64,000 nt of DNA from Bacteroidia bacterium (GTDB taxonomy: Bacteria; Bacteroidota; Bacteroidia; NS11-12g; UBA9320), in NCBI GenBank assembly GCA_017857855.1, contig JAFMCI010000005.1:1760-65759 (forward strand). The letters are read 5' to 3'. The translations under genes and the position numbers were made by a program. The notes below the pieces were generated by a model. It had not been told where the DNA came from. It worked only from the letters and a program-made list of their open reading frames with translations, and did not search any database. Numbering within the stretch: position 1 is the stretch's first letter; the number at the start of each line of letters is the position of its first letter. Of this stretch, positions 56,848 through 64,000 are shown piece by piece.

Positions 56848-57704
56848 TGCACAAGTATTTTGCGTTATACAGACCTTTAAATTTATTTTTTATCACCTTA
56901 GCGCAATTACTGTGCGCCTATTATTTAGATCCTTATGCCTCGATTAGCTCTCTTATCGCTAAAGGAATACTATGGCTCATACTGGGAACCGTAGCCTGTT
57001 CTTCTTTCGGATATTGGATAAATGATTTTTTGGACAAAGAAAGAGATTCGATAAACAAAGTAAAGACTTTTGACATTTCGACCTTGCCAACATTTGTTAT
57101 ATATTTACATCTGTTTGTTTTGGTAATCCTTGCAGTTTTCTCAGGCTTAATGCTGAGTCCTCTTTTTTTATACATCAATCTGCTAACTCTCTTCTTACTT
57201 AGTCTTTATAGTTTAATTTTAAAAAACATCGCATTTTTGGGCAACCTGCTCATTGCTTTTTTAAGTTTTGTAAGCATTTTTATGCTGTTGTTTTTATTTC
57301 CTGATATAGATTATGCGCTGTTATTCCATTTTGCCACGCTGGCTGGCGTATTAACGCTTTGTCGTGAACTCGTAAAGGATGGTGAAGACGCAGAAGGTGA
57401 TCGGATAACCGGTGCAAAAACAGTACCTATTGTTTTCGGAACATCTACACTTAATATATCCGTTTACGTTTTGCTGATATTTATTATTTCATTCTCGGTT
57501 ATGTCACTTTACCACCAAAGTATGTATTTCCCTGCTGCTTTGCGTAATGTTTATTATTCATATTATTTGCTATTCATACTTATACCGTTATATGCCATCG
57601 CAGTGGAAGTGCGATACGCACAAGACAAACACCAATATGCTAAGCTCAGCTTAAGGCTTAAATATGTGTTAGCTACTGGTATTTTGTCCATTTTATTCTT
57701 TTAA
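56847..57704 (+). CDS. UbiA-family prenyltransferase
   Basis: About 8 TM segments, with NDFLDKERD (NDxxDxxxD) and a second acidic motif (KDGEDAEGD). The start is ATG 56847 or GTG 56844. Confidence 0.7.
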   Translation: MHKYFALYRPLNLFFITLAQLLCAYYLDPYASISSLIAKGILWLILGTVACSSFGYWINDFLDKERDSINKVKTFDISTLPTFVIYLHLFVLVILAVFSGLMLSPLFLYINLLTLFLLSLYSLILKNIAFLGNLLIAFLSFVSIFMLLFLFPDIDYALLFHFATLAGVLTLCRELVKDGEDAEGDRITGAKTVPIVFGTSTLNISVYVLLIFIISFSVMSLYHQSMYFPAALRNVYYSYYLLFILIPLYAIAVEVRYAQDKHQYAKLSLRLKYVLATGILSILFF

Positions 57705-57714
57705 TTTTTTACCA

Positions 57715-58278
57715 ATGAAATTATTACTTGGATCTAATTCACCCCGAAGAAATGAGCTACTTGCGCAAATGGGGTACACCTTTAAAAAAGTAGCTATAGA
57801 CTGTGATGAAGCATTTGATATTGAAATGCCAGCTACAGAAGTTGCTGAATATTTGGCCCGTCAAAAGTCTAATGCATACATTACCTTGCAAAAAAATGAG
57901 TTACTTATTACTGCAGACACTGTGGTTATAAGCAACAATACCATTTTAAATAAACCACAAAATAGAGATGAGGCATTTCAGATGCTAAGTCAATTGAGCA
58001 ACGCTACACATCTTGTACAAACTGGATTTTGTTTACGTACCTTGGAAAAGACCATTTCGAGCGAATGCATCACCGAGGTTACCGTGCATGTTCTGAGTCC
58101 AGAAGAAATATATTTTTACATAGACAAATATAAACCATACGATAAGGCAGGAGCTTACGGCATACAAGAATGGTTTGGGTTAGCAAAAGTTAAGCACCTC
58201 AAAGGATGCTATTTTAATGTTGTTGGATTACCTTGCTCTGCAATACATAAACGTTTAAAAGACGATTATGGAGTCTAA
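57715..58278 (+). CDS. maf: Maf-family nucleoside triphosphate pyrophosphatase
   Basis: LLLGSNSPRRNELL, ITADTVV and KAGAYGIQ. Confidence 0.85.
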   Translation: MKLLLGSNSPRRNELLAQMGYTFKKVAIDCDEAFDIEMPATEVAEYLARQKSNAYITLQKNELLITADTVVISNNTILNKPQNRDEAFQMLSQLSNATHLVQTGFCLRTLEKTISSECITEVTVHVLSPEEIYFYIDKYKPYDKAGAYGIQEWFGLAKVKHLKGCYFNVVGLPCSAIHKRLKDDYGV

Positions 58279-58765
58279 GTTTTGGTTAATACCGTTAATT
58301 ATTATAGGATTACGTCATAATTCTTGTGCGCAAGATAAACCTAAAAAATGGGCTGTTGTAACGGCTTATGAAGCAAGTTATACAGGAACAAATGGCATTA
58401 TTCATGCACAATATACCAAAAAACAACATCAATTTGAAGCTGGACTAAACTATAACTTCTCAGATGGTTTTAGTAATAATCCTGTCTTAGGAATTGGCAT
58501 GGCATACGGATTAGAAATACTAACGAATGATAAATGGAGTGTCACTGCAGGCATAAACTATCGTAGGCAGAAACCGTTGGCTATTGTCAATATTCAGATT
58601 CTGACCTATACGCAAGGATTGGTATATAATCTTAATCCAAAGTTAGCTGTAACCTCAAGACTGGGTTACGGTGTTGCTGTTGAAAGAGCCGCAAGTGCTG
58701 GTAATTTTTCCCAAAACAATAATGTAACCGGTAGTTTTGCTCTAGGATGCGTAATTTATTTATAA
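58268..58765 (+). CDS. Hypothetical small outer-membrane beta-barrel-like protein
   Basis: Signal peptide (NSCAQ). 165 aa with alternating strands. No family recognised. Confidence 0.4.
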   Translation: MESKFWLIPLIIIGLRHNSCAQDKPKKWAVVTAYEASYTGTNGIIHAQYTKKQHQFEAGLNYNFSDGFSNNPVLGIGMAYGLEILTNDKWSVTAGINYRRQKPLAIVNIQILTYTQGLVYNLNPKLAVTSRLGYGVAVERAASAGNFSQNNNVTGSFALGCVIYL

Positions 58766-59568
58766 TTTTTTCGTCAATAGCTATTGGCGGCTGTGGCAAT
58801 AATAATCCGCTTCCCAATCAGGTTTTGCTTTATGGACACGGAGGTGGTGGATTTGACAATTCTGCTCTGTTTGCTCCTAATAGTGTGCCATCGATGAAAG
58901 AATCGATTGAAAAATACCAGTTAGATGGCATAGAGGTTGACGTGCAGTTTACAAAAGATACGGGCTTAATAGTATTCCACGATGGATACCTAGAAAGTGC
59001 GACGCAATGCAAAGGAAAAATTAATGCTATTCACCTTAAAGATGCAGCGGGTTGTTATTTTAGAGATCAATTCTACAATAAATACAGTGCGCAAGTCATA
59101 ACATTCGATAGCTTAGTTACGCTCATGAATACGGTCTGGATGGATAAGTATTTGTCAATCAACCTACAAAGCAATTTTGACGTACCTTACAAGAAAGATT
59201 CGCTGGCACACTATTTTCATGAAAAAATGACTGCCTTTAAGAGTTTGGATAAGATTACCATTGAATGTAACGACGCCAATTTTCTCTATTTTTTAGAACG
59301 AGAAAATAAGGAGTATAAGAGCTACTTGATAGCAAACATAGATTCTAAATCTGCTAATGAGGTATACCGATTTAAGTTGGACGGTATTGTGAGTTTTTTT
59401 GAAAATAGAGATGATATAATTGAAAAGGATCTAACAGATAGCGGTAAGGTTATTTTTATTTATGGCGCAAAGTTACCTTCGGATTACGCAAAATATAACT
59501 ACACCTATGTTACTGCGATGCAAGTAGACAATCCCGTGGTTGCCCTAAAATTTTTTAGAAATCAATAA
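58747..59568 (+). CDS. Divergent glycerophosphodiester phosphodiesterase-like lipoprotein
   Basis: Lipobox (IAIGGC). DGIEVDVQFTKDTGLIVFHD resembles the GDPD core, but the N-terminal HR motif is replaced by GHGGGG. Confidence 0.5.
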   Translation: MRNLFIIFSSIAIGGCGNNNPLPNQVLLYGHGGGGFDNSALFAPNSVPSMKESIEKYQLDGIEVDVQFTKDTGLIVFHDGYLESATQCKGKINAIHLKDAAGCYFRDQFYNKYSAQVITFDSLVTLMNTVWMDKYLSINLQSNFDVPYKKDSLAHYFHEKMTAFKSLDKITIECNDANFLYFLERENKEYKSYLIANIDSKSANEVYRFKLDGIVSFFENRDDIIEKDLTDSGKVIFIYGAKLPSDYAKYNYTYVTAMQVDNPVVALKFFRNQ

Positions 59569-59581
59569 CAAATTAGCCTGA

Positions 59582-60118
59582 TTAGCTAGCTGTCAAATTA
59601 TATAAGTCTTCGTATTCGGCAAGGTAGGTTCTCAGTTTACGTCTCGCGACAAATATCCTAGTTTTTACCGTTCCTATTGGGATACCTATTTTTTCTGCTA
59701 TTTCATGGTATTTATAACCCAAAGTGTTCATTTCAAAAGTTATTCTTAAATCATCAGCCAGCATATCAATAGCTGCGTCTAGGTCCTTACGAATAAACTT
59801 AGCCTCACCATCATTATAGGCATTAAAATTCTTAGCGGTGTCTATAATGTACTGATCATCCTGAGTGTCCATAAACGTACTCCTTTTGGTAATTCGTCTA
59901 TAGTTATTTATAAATGTATTACGCATGATGGTAAATAACCACCCTTTGAGATTTGTACCTTCTTTAAACTTAGAAGAATATAACATTGCCTTTAAAAACG
60001 TTTCTTGCACAAGATCATTTGCGTCGTCCATATTTTGCGTAAGCTGTAACGCATAATTTCTCAGAATTCTTTCATTCTGCTGCATTTTTACTTCGAAAGG
60101 TAGGGTTGTATTTTTCAT
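59582..60118 (-). CDS. ECF-type sigma-70 family RNA polymerase sigma factor
   Basis: Region 2 (DANDLVQETFLKA...GWLFTIMRNTFIN) and region 4 HTH (YKYHEIAEKIGIPIGTVKTRIFVARRKL). Confidence 0.85.
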   Translation of the reverse strand: MKNTTLPFEVKMQQNERILRNYALQLTQNMDDANDLVQETFLKAMLYSSKFKEGTNLKGWLFTIMRNTFINNYRRITKRSTFMDTQDDQYIIDTAKNFNAYNDGEAKFIRKDLDAAIDMLADDLRITFEMNTLGYKYHEIAEKIGIPIGTVKTRIFVARRKLRTYLAEYEDLYNLTAS

Positions 60119-60138
60119 TTTCTTTGCTTAATCAAGTT

Positions 60139-60146
60139 CAAAGCTA
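60139..60146 (-). promoter_or_regulatory. Candidate Bacteroidota -7 box (TAGCTTTG on minus strand)
   Basis: Exact TAnnTTTG match 20 nt upstream of the sigma-factor ATG at 60118. Confidence 0.4.
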
Positions 60147-60212
60147 ACCAAGAATTTATTTATTTTGAGCTTTTTGTTTAAGGTTAATTTAAAATGGCTA
60201 AACAAAAACGCA

Positions 60213-60234
60213 AACCCATCTATTTAGATGGGTT
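60213..60234. repeat. Perfect 10-bp palindrome (aacccatcta tt tagatgggtt)
   Basis: Read directly from the sequence. It lies in the divergent sigma-factor / PTPS intergenic region. On the minus strand it is followed by tgcgttttt. Confidence 0.9.
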
Positions 60235-60335
60235 AACAACGTATCAGTAATACTTATAGACCTATTTTTTTCTTGAATTTACCCGTTCAAATTATTAAAT
60301 ATATTTTATTTTTTTGAAACAAAACAGAATAGCTG

Positions 60336-60761
60336 ATGTTTGTACCTCATATGATAGCTTCAGCAAGCAGAGTAGAAAGATTTAATGCCGCTCACCGGTT
60401 ACACAATCCTAATTGGAGTGATGAAAAAAATATCCAATTTTATGGCCTTTGCAATAATGCCAATTACCATGGTCATAATTACAATATAATTGTTAAAGTG
60501 ACCGGAGAAGTAGATCCTGAATCAGGTTATCTCCTAGATTTAAAGGTTCTCAAGGACATTATTAGAGAAGAAGTTACTTACAGATTCGACCATAAAAATT
60601 TAAATCTCGATGTAGAAGATTTTAAAGAACTTATACCTACAGCAGAGAACATTGCCTTTGTCGCATGGCACAGAATTAGGGAAAAATTAGAACCTAAATT
60701 ATCGTTACACATAACATTATACGAAACAGACCGAAATTTTATAGAATATGACGGACAATAA
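60336..60761 (+). CDS. 6-pyruvoyl-tetrahydropterin / 6-carboxytetrahydropterin synthase family protein (PTPS, eukaryote-like subtype)
   Basis: [21 protein letters not shown] (Cx5HGH), DHKNLNLDV and YETDRNF closely resemble my memory of animal PTPS. Confidence 0.85.
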   Translation: MFVPHMIASASRVERFNAAHRLHNPNWSDEKNIQFYGLCNNANYHGHNYNIIVKVTGEVDPESGYLLDLKVLKDIIREEVTYRFDHKNLNLDVEDFKELIPTAENIAFVAWHRIREKLEPKLSLHITLYETDRNFIEYDGQ

Positions 60762-61395
60762 TAAACACGACTCAAAACTTTGCAACGCAAGTCTTGACAC
60801 TCCCATGAAAAGCAATGCATTTGACATGAGTGACGATGATAAAATTGCTAAAATCCAAGAGCATTTTACCGCAATAATGGAAACGCTAGGATTAGATCTT
60901 ACTGATGACAGTCTTAGTCAAACTCCAAAAAGAGTTGCGAAGATGTATGTGAAAGAGATTTTTAGTGGATTAAATCCAGCCAATAAACCATCAGTGACTT
61001 TATTTGAAAATAAATATGGTTACAATCAAATGTTGGTTGAAAAAAACATATCCCTATACTCGATGTGTGAGCATCATTTTGTTCCTATTATAGGTAAAGC
61101 ACATGTTGCCTATATTGCCAATGGCAAAGTGATTGGTCTTAGCAAAATACACCGTATGGTGAAGTATTACGCCAAAAGACCACAAGTACAAGAAAGACTC
61201 ACTAAGCAAATTACCGAAGCACTCAAAGCCACATTGGGAATTGAAGATGTAGCGGTAGCTATTGATGCACGTCACATGTGTGTAGAATGTAGAGGGGTTG
61301 AAGATGTTACATCTAGCACCATTACTTCAGCATTATCCGGACAATTCCTTAATGAACCCACTCGTTCAGAGTTTTTAAGGTTTATTGGCGTCTAA
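60748..61395 (+). CDS. folE: GTP cyclohydrolase I (FolE type)
   Basis: [26 protein letters not shown]-like (GLSKIHRMV) and RPQVQERLT. Overlaps the PTPS gene by 14 nt. Confidence 0.9.
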   Translation: MTDNNKHDSKLCNASLDTPMKSNAFDMSDDDKIAKIQEHFTAIMETLGLDLTDDSLSQTPKRVAKMYVKEIFSGLNPANKPSVTLFENKYGYNQMLVEKNISLYSMCEHHFVPIIGKAHVAYIANGKVIGLSKIHRMVKYYAKRPQVQERLTKQITEALKATLGIEDVAVAIDARHMCVECRGVEDVTSSTITSALSGQFLNEPTRSEFLRFIGV

Positions 61396-61424
61396 ATTAC
61401 TTTCTTTGTACCTCTTGTAGACAA

Positions 61425-62078
61425 ATGATACACGGTATAGGATTAAGTAAAAGTTACGGAAATTTAGAAGTACTAAAATCAGTTGATATTAGCATCAATA
61501 CAGGTGAAATTGTTTCAATAACAGGTCCTAGTGGAGCTGGTAAATCAACTTTACTCCAACTTCTCGGAACGCTTGATCTACCTAAAAGCGGTAGTGTAAA
61601 GTACGATGGGATAGATGTTTCTTCGCTCACGGCCAAAAATATGGCAAATTTCAGAAACGAAAATATTGGTTTTATTTTTCAATTTCATCACTTACTACCC
61701 GAATTTACGGCAATTGAGAACGTATGTATGCCTGCATTTATTAAAGGACTCAGTAAAAGTGATGCAGAAGCTAGGGCTAAGGAATTACTGTCAATGCTGG
61801 GCTTAGCTGATAGATTAGAACACAAACCCAATGAACTTTCAGGAGGTGAGCAACAACGCGTAGCAGTAGCTAGAGCCCTTATGAATAAACCAAAAGTAAT
61901 CTTTGCAGATGAGCCCAGTGGTAATTTAGATACTGAAAATGCCAATGAGTTACATCATCTTTTTATGAAACTACGGGATGAATACGGACAAACCTTCGTT
62001 ATTGTAACCCATAACCAAGATTTGGCGGATATGGCAGACAGATGTATTCAAATGAAGGACGGGCAAGTAATTGCTTAA
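61425..62078 (+). CDS. ABC transporter ATP-binding protein (LolD/MacB-type)
   Basis: Walker [10 protein letters not shown], signature LSGGEQQR and Walker [13 protein letters not shown]. Confidence 0.85.
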   Translation: MIHGIGLSKSYGNLEVLKSVDISINTGEIVSITGPSGAGKSTLLQLLGTLDLPKSGSVKYDGIDVSSLTAKNMANFRNENIGFIFQFHHLLPEFTAIENVCMPAFIKGLSKSDAEARAKELLSMLGLADRLEHKPNELSGGEQQRVAVARALMNKPKVIFADEPSGNLDTENANELHHLFMKLRDEYGQTFVIVTHNQDLADMADRCIQMKDGQVIA

Positions 62079-62221
62079 ACGAAGGATAGCTCCGAATCAT
62101 TTTTTTTGTTTTGAAACAAATTATTTAAAATACTAGACCGTTACTCCTGTTTACCTCCATTTTATTTTTGAAATAGTATAAATACCTGATAACCCATACC
62201 TATTTACTAATAACCATTTTA

Positions 62222-62229
62222 TACTTTTG
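62222..62229 (+). promoter_or_regulatory. Candidate Bacteroidota -7 box (TACTTTTG)
   Basis: Exact TAnnTTTG match ending 5 nt before the ATG at 62235, implying a leaderless or near-leaderless transcript. Confidence 0.35.
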
Positions 62230-62234
62230 CACCA

Positions 62235-62495
62235 ATGAATTTAGTAGTTAAAAACTTACCAACCAGTTACAACGCCCATTATCTTGAAATGCTATTTGCC
62301 AAGTACGGGGAAGTAGAGTATGCAAAAGTAGTGTATGACCGCGTAACAAAAGAGCCTACAGGGACTGGATTCGTGGAGTTTGTAAAAGATGACGACGGCG
62401 ATAAGGCAATTGCTGAAATGCATGGCAAAGAATTTCACGGTAAAGAACTGATAGTAGAAAAAGCTAAACCTAGAAAGGTTAATATTTGGAGCTAA
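62235..62495 (+). CDS. RRM-type RNA-binding protein
   Basis: RNP2 (LVVKNL) and RNP1 (GTGFVEF). 86 aa. Confidence 0.85.
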   Translation: MNLVVKNLPTSYNAHYLEMLFAKYGEVEYAKVVYDRVTKEPTGTGFVEFVKDDDGDKAIAEMHGKEFHGKELIVEKAKPRKVNIWS

Positions 62496-62507
62496 TTCAG
62501 AGATTTA

Positions 62508-62560
62508 GCATTCACAAAAAAAGCATCATGTAATTTACACGATGCTTTTTTTGTGAATGC
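62508..62560. terminator. Bidirectional rho-independent terminator (perfect 20-bp inverted repeat)
   Basis: gcattcacaaaaaaagcatc / gatgctttttttgtgaatgc with a 13-nt loop. An A7/T7 tract inside each arm gives a U-tract on both strands. It lies between convergent stop codons. Confidence 0.75.
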
Positions 62561-62573
62561 TCATTTATCTATT

Positions 62574-63476
62574 TTAATAAAATCCAGATCCTCCCGTAGC
62601 TAATGATCCTGTTGGTTTAGGATTAATACACATTACAGGAGTTTTTTGGGCACTATTGACTACCTGTTCAGCATAACTGCCCACAAATAAATCAGCTATT
62701 TTAGCATTTTCTGCATGTGTCATTATCATGATAAGGTCTGCATTTATTTCATCTGCATACTTGATGGTGTCTTTCCCTAAGTGATCAGGATATTCTCTAT
62801 CATCTAGTAATTTAGTTACAAACTTTACTCCATGTTGATTAAATATCCCTTCAGCTTGAATAAGATTCGCTCTGATTTTACGCTCTATAAATTCATCATT
62901 ACCCATTTCCATAATGATATGGATAGTAGAGTTATACTTTTGGCCAAGTTTAACCGCCCAGTCAATCTTTTGGCGACTTGTTTTAGTTAAATCTATTGGT
63001 AACACAATATTATCAAACTTAGGATCTGTGCGCTTCTCTTTAACGGCAATAACCGGTCTTGTAGAAATTCTGATTACCCGAGATGTAGTACTTCCCGTAA
63101 ATTGCTCTATACCATTTGCACCATTGGTACCCATTACGATTGAATCACAATTACTTTCTTCAGCTACACGATTGATTACCTTGTATGGTTTTCCTTCTTC
63201 TACGCGTGTATTTACACGCGCATTAGGCCACTTTTCCAGCAACTCTACTTTTATATCTTCCAGTTTATGTTTGATTTTATCCCTCAAAAGAGCAACCTCA
63301 CTATCATTCATAAAAAGTGCTTGCAGTTTTGATTTTGAAATAACGTGTAATAGCGTAATTTCATCATCAAATAGATTAGCCATTTCTACAGCATAATAAA
63401 CTGCGTTTAACGATGTATCCGAGAAATCTAAAGGAACTAAAATGATGTGATCTTTGGGAGTTGTTATATCTGTCAT
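62574..63476 (-). CDS. Tandem universal stress protein (UspA family)
   Basis: Two Usp domains (ILVPLDFS...IVMGTNGANG, IVLPIDLT...IMIMTH). I place the start at ATG 63476. Confidence 0.8.
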   Translation of the reverse strand: MTDITTPKDHIILVPLDFSDTSLNAVYYAVEMANLFDDEITLLHVISKSKLQALFMNDSEVALLRDKIKHKLEDIKVELLEKWPNARVNTRVEEGKPYKVINRVAEESNCDSIVMGTNGANGIEQFTGSTTSRVIRISTRPVIAVKEKRTDPKFDNIVLPIDLTKTSRQKIDWAVKLGQKYNSTIHIIMEMGNDEFIERKIRANLIQAEGIFNQHGVKFVTKLLDDREYPDHLGKDTIKYADEINADLIMIMTHAENAKIADLFVGSYAEQVVNSAQKTPVMCINPKPTGSLATGGSGFY

Positions 63477-63497
63477 AAAAATTGTATAAACTTGCCG

Positions 63498-63505
63498 CAA
63501 AGATA
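63498..63505 (-). promoter_or_regulatory. Candidate Bacteroidota -7 box (TATCTTTG on minus strand)
   Basis: Exact TAnnTTTG match 22 nt upstream of the usp ATG at 63476. Confidence 0.4.
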
Positions 63506-63519
63506 CAAGGGATTAGGTA

Positions 63520-64000
63520 GTGAAACAATTAACAGAGACTGAACTTATCGTAAATTATGATGGTTCTATATATCACTTAGGCATTCAACCTGAGCATATA
63601 TACGATACGGTAATCACCGTAGGTGACCCCGAAAGGGTAGAACAAGTTACTAAATACTTTGATAGACTTGACTTTAGCGTACAAAACAGAGAGTTTAAAA
63701 CTTGTGGGGGTTCTTTAAATGGAAAAGACATTACTGTGCTTTCCACAGGCATTGGAACAGATAATATTGATATTGTACTGAACGAAATCGCATTTTTACG
63801 CAATTATAACCTCGAAACCAGAACCCAAAATAGGAACTTAATACCACTTCAAGTCATCCGTTTGGGCACATCAGGAAGCGTTTCCAAAGAACATAAACTC
63901 GATAGTATTGTGTACAGTAAAAATGCAATTTCATTTGACGATCTATTTCAATTCTACGTACATAGTTTTGATGAAATTATTTTTGATAATAAAAATTTTC
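63520..64000 (+). CDS. PNP/UDP-1 family nucleoside phosphorylase; 3' end lies beyond the right edge of the window
   Basis: Not in the track because it runs off the edge. My translation from GTG 63520 gives VKQLTETELIVNYDGSIYHLGIQPEHIYDTVITVGDPERV...VLSTGIGTDNIDIVLNE...RLGTSGS. An in-frame TAG at 63514 limits the start. Confidence 0.65.
   Translation, partial: MKQLTETELIVNYDGSIYHLGIQPEHIYDTVITVGDPERVEQVTKYFDRLDFSVQNREFKTCGGSLNGKDITVLSTGIGTDNIDIVLNEIAFLRNYNLETRTQNRNLIPLQVIRLGTSGSVSKEHKLDSIVYSKNAISFDDLFQFYVHSFDEIIFDNKNF

Noticed and set aside
60194-60250. 18-codon ORF (MAKQKRKPIYLDGLTTYQ) spanning the 10-bp palindrome upstream of the sigma-factor gene.
   Set aside because: It is too short, nothing supports it, and its sequence is dictated by the palindrome. 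I treat it as non-coding.
62914-63396. 160-aa plus-strand ORF antisense to the universal stress protein gene.
   Set aside because: It is a shadow ORF, Ser/Leu-rich, with no start context and no motif. The Usp reading frame is clearly the real one.
1-64000. Looked for CRISPR arrays, rRNA/tRNA genes, integrases, transposases, IS inverted repeats, phage genes and toxin-antitoxin or known defence-system genes.
   Set aside because: I found no spaced direct-repeat arrays, no recognisable RNA gene sequences, and no DDE/tyrosine/serine recombinase-like ORFs in the track. The scan was by eye only; tRNAscan, Infernal and ISfinder searches would be needed to exclude small or degenerate elements.

Overview
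AT-rich, gene-dense chromosomal window with about 65 CDS. By eye I found no rRNA, tRNA, CRISPR array, integrase or transposase. Several hallmarks point to Bacteroidota, probably Flavobacteriia: a T9SS C-terminal sorting domain, TonB-dependent receptor plus DUF4249 pairs, a PafA-like phosphatase, TAnnTTTG -7 boxes close to start codons, and no obvious Shine-Dalgarno sites. The first ~20 kb is the unusual part, a molybdenum/sulfur/arsenic-type redox island. (a) A tightly packed 12-gene minus-strand unit joins an ArsS/ArsM arsenosugar-type radical-SAM module (peroxidase-like protein, ArsS, DUF2064 transferase, purine nucleoside phosphorylase, ArsM) to a complete Mo-MPT biosynthesis set (moeA, moaD, moeB, moaE, moaCB, moaA) with an embedded TauE/SafE permease. 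(b) Divergently transcribed from it is an uncharacterised 5-gene operon: FAD/NAD(P) oxidoreductase, membrane polyferredoxin, small GT2, processive GT2, and a polytopic GT-C-like membrane protein. This is my best candidate for an undescribed system. (c) A sulfite-oxidase-fold molybdoenzyme sits with a membrane-anchored cytochrome c, a lipoprotein tandem rhodanese and a di-iron fatty-acid hydroxylase. The rest is mostly housekeeping and envelope genes (ppk1, purC, def, ruvX, mgsA, maf, folE, HMG-CoA lyase, trans-sulfuration enzyme, LolD-like ATPase, ECF sigma, Usp, RRM protein). Interspersed are unexplained pairs: a terminator-insulated lipoprotein plus beta-barrel operon, an internally duplicated PLP enzyme, and a DUF349-methyltransferase-small protein operon. 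All family assignments come from motif recognition by eye and from memory; no searches were run.
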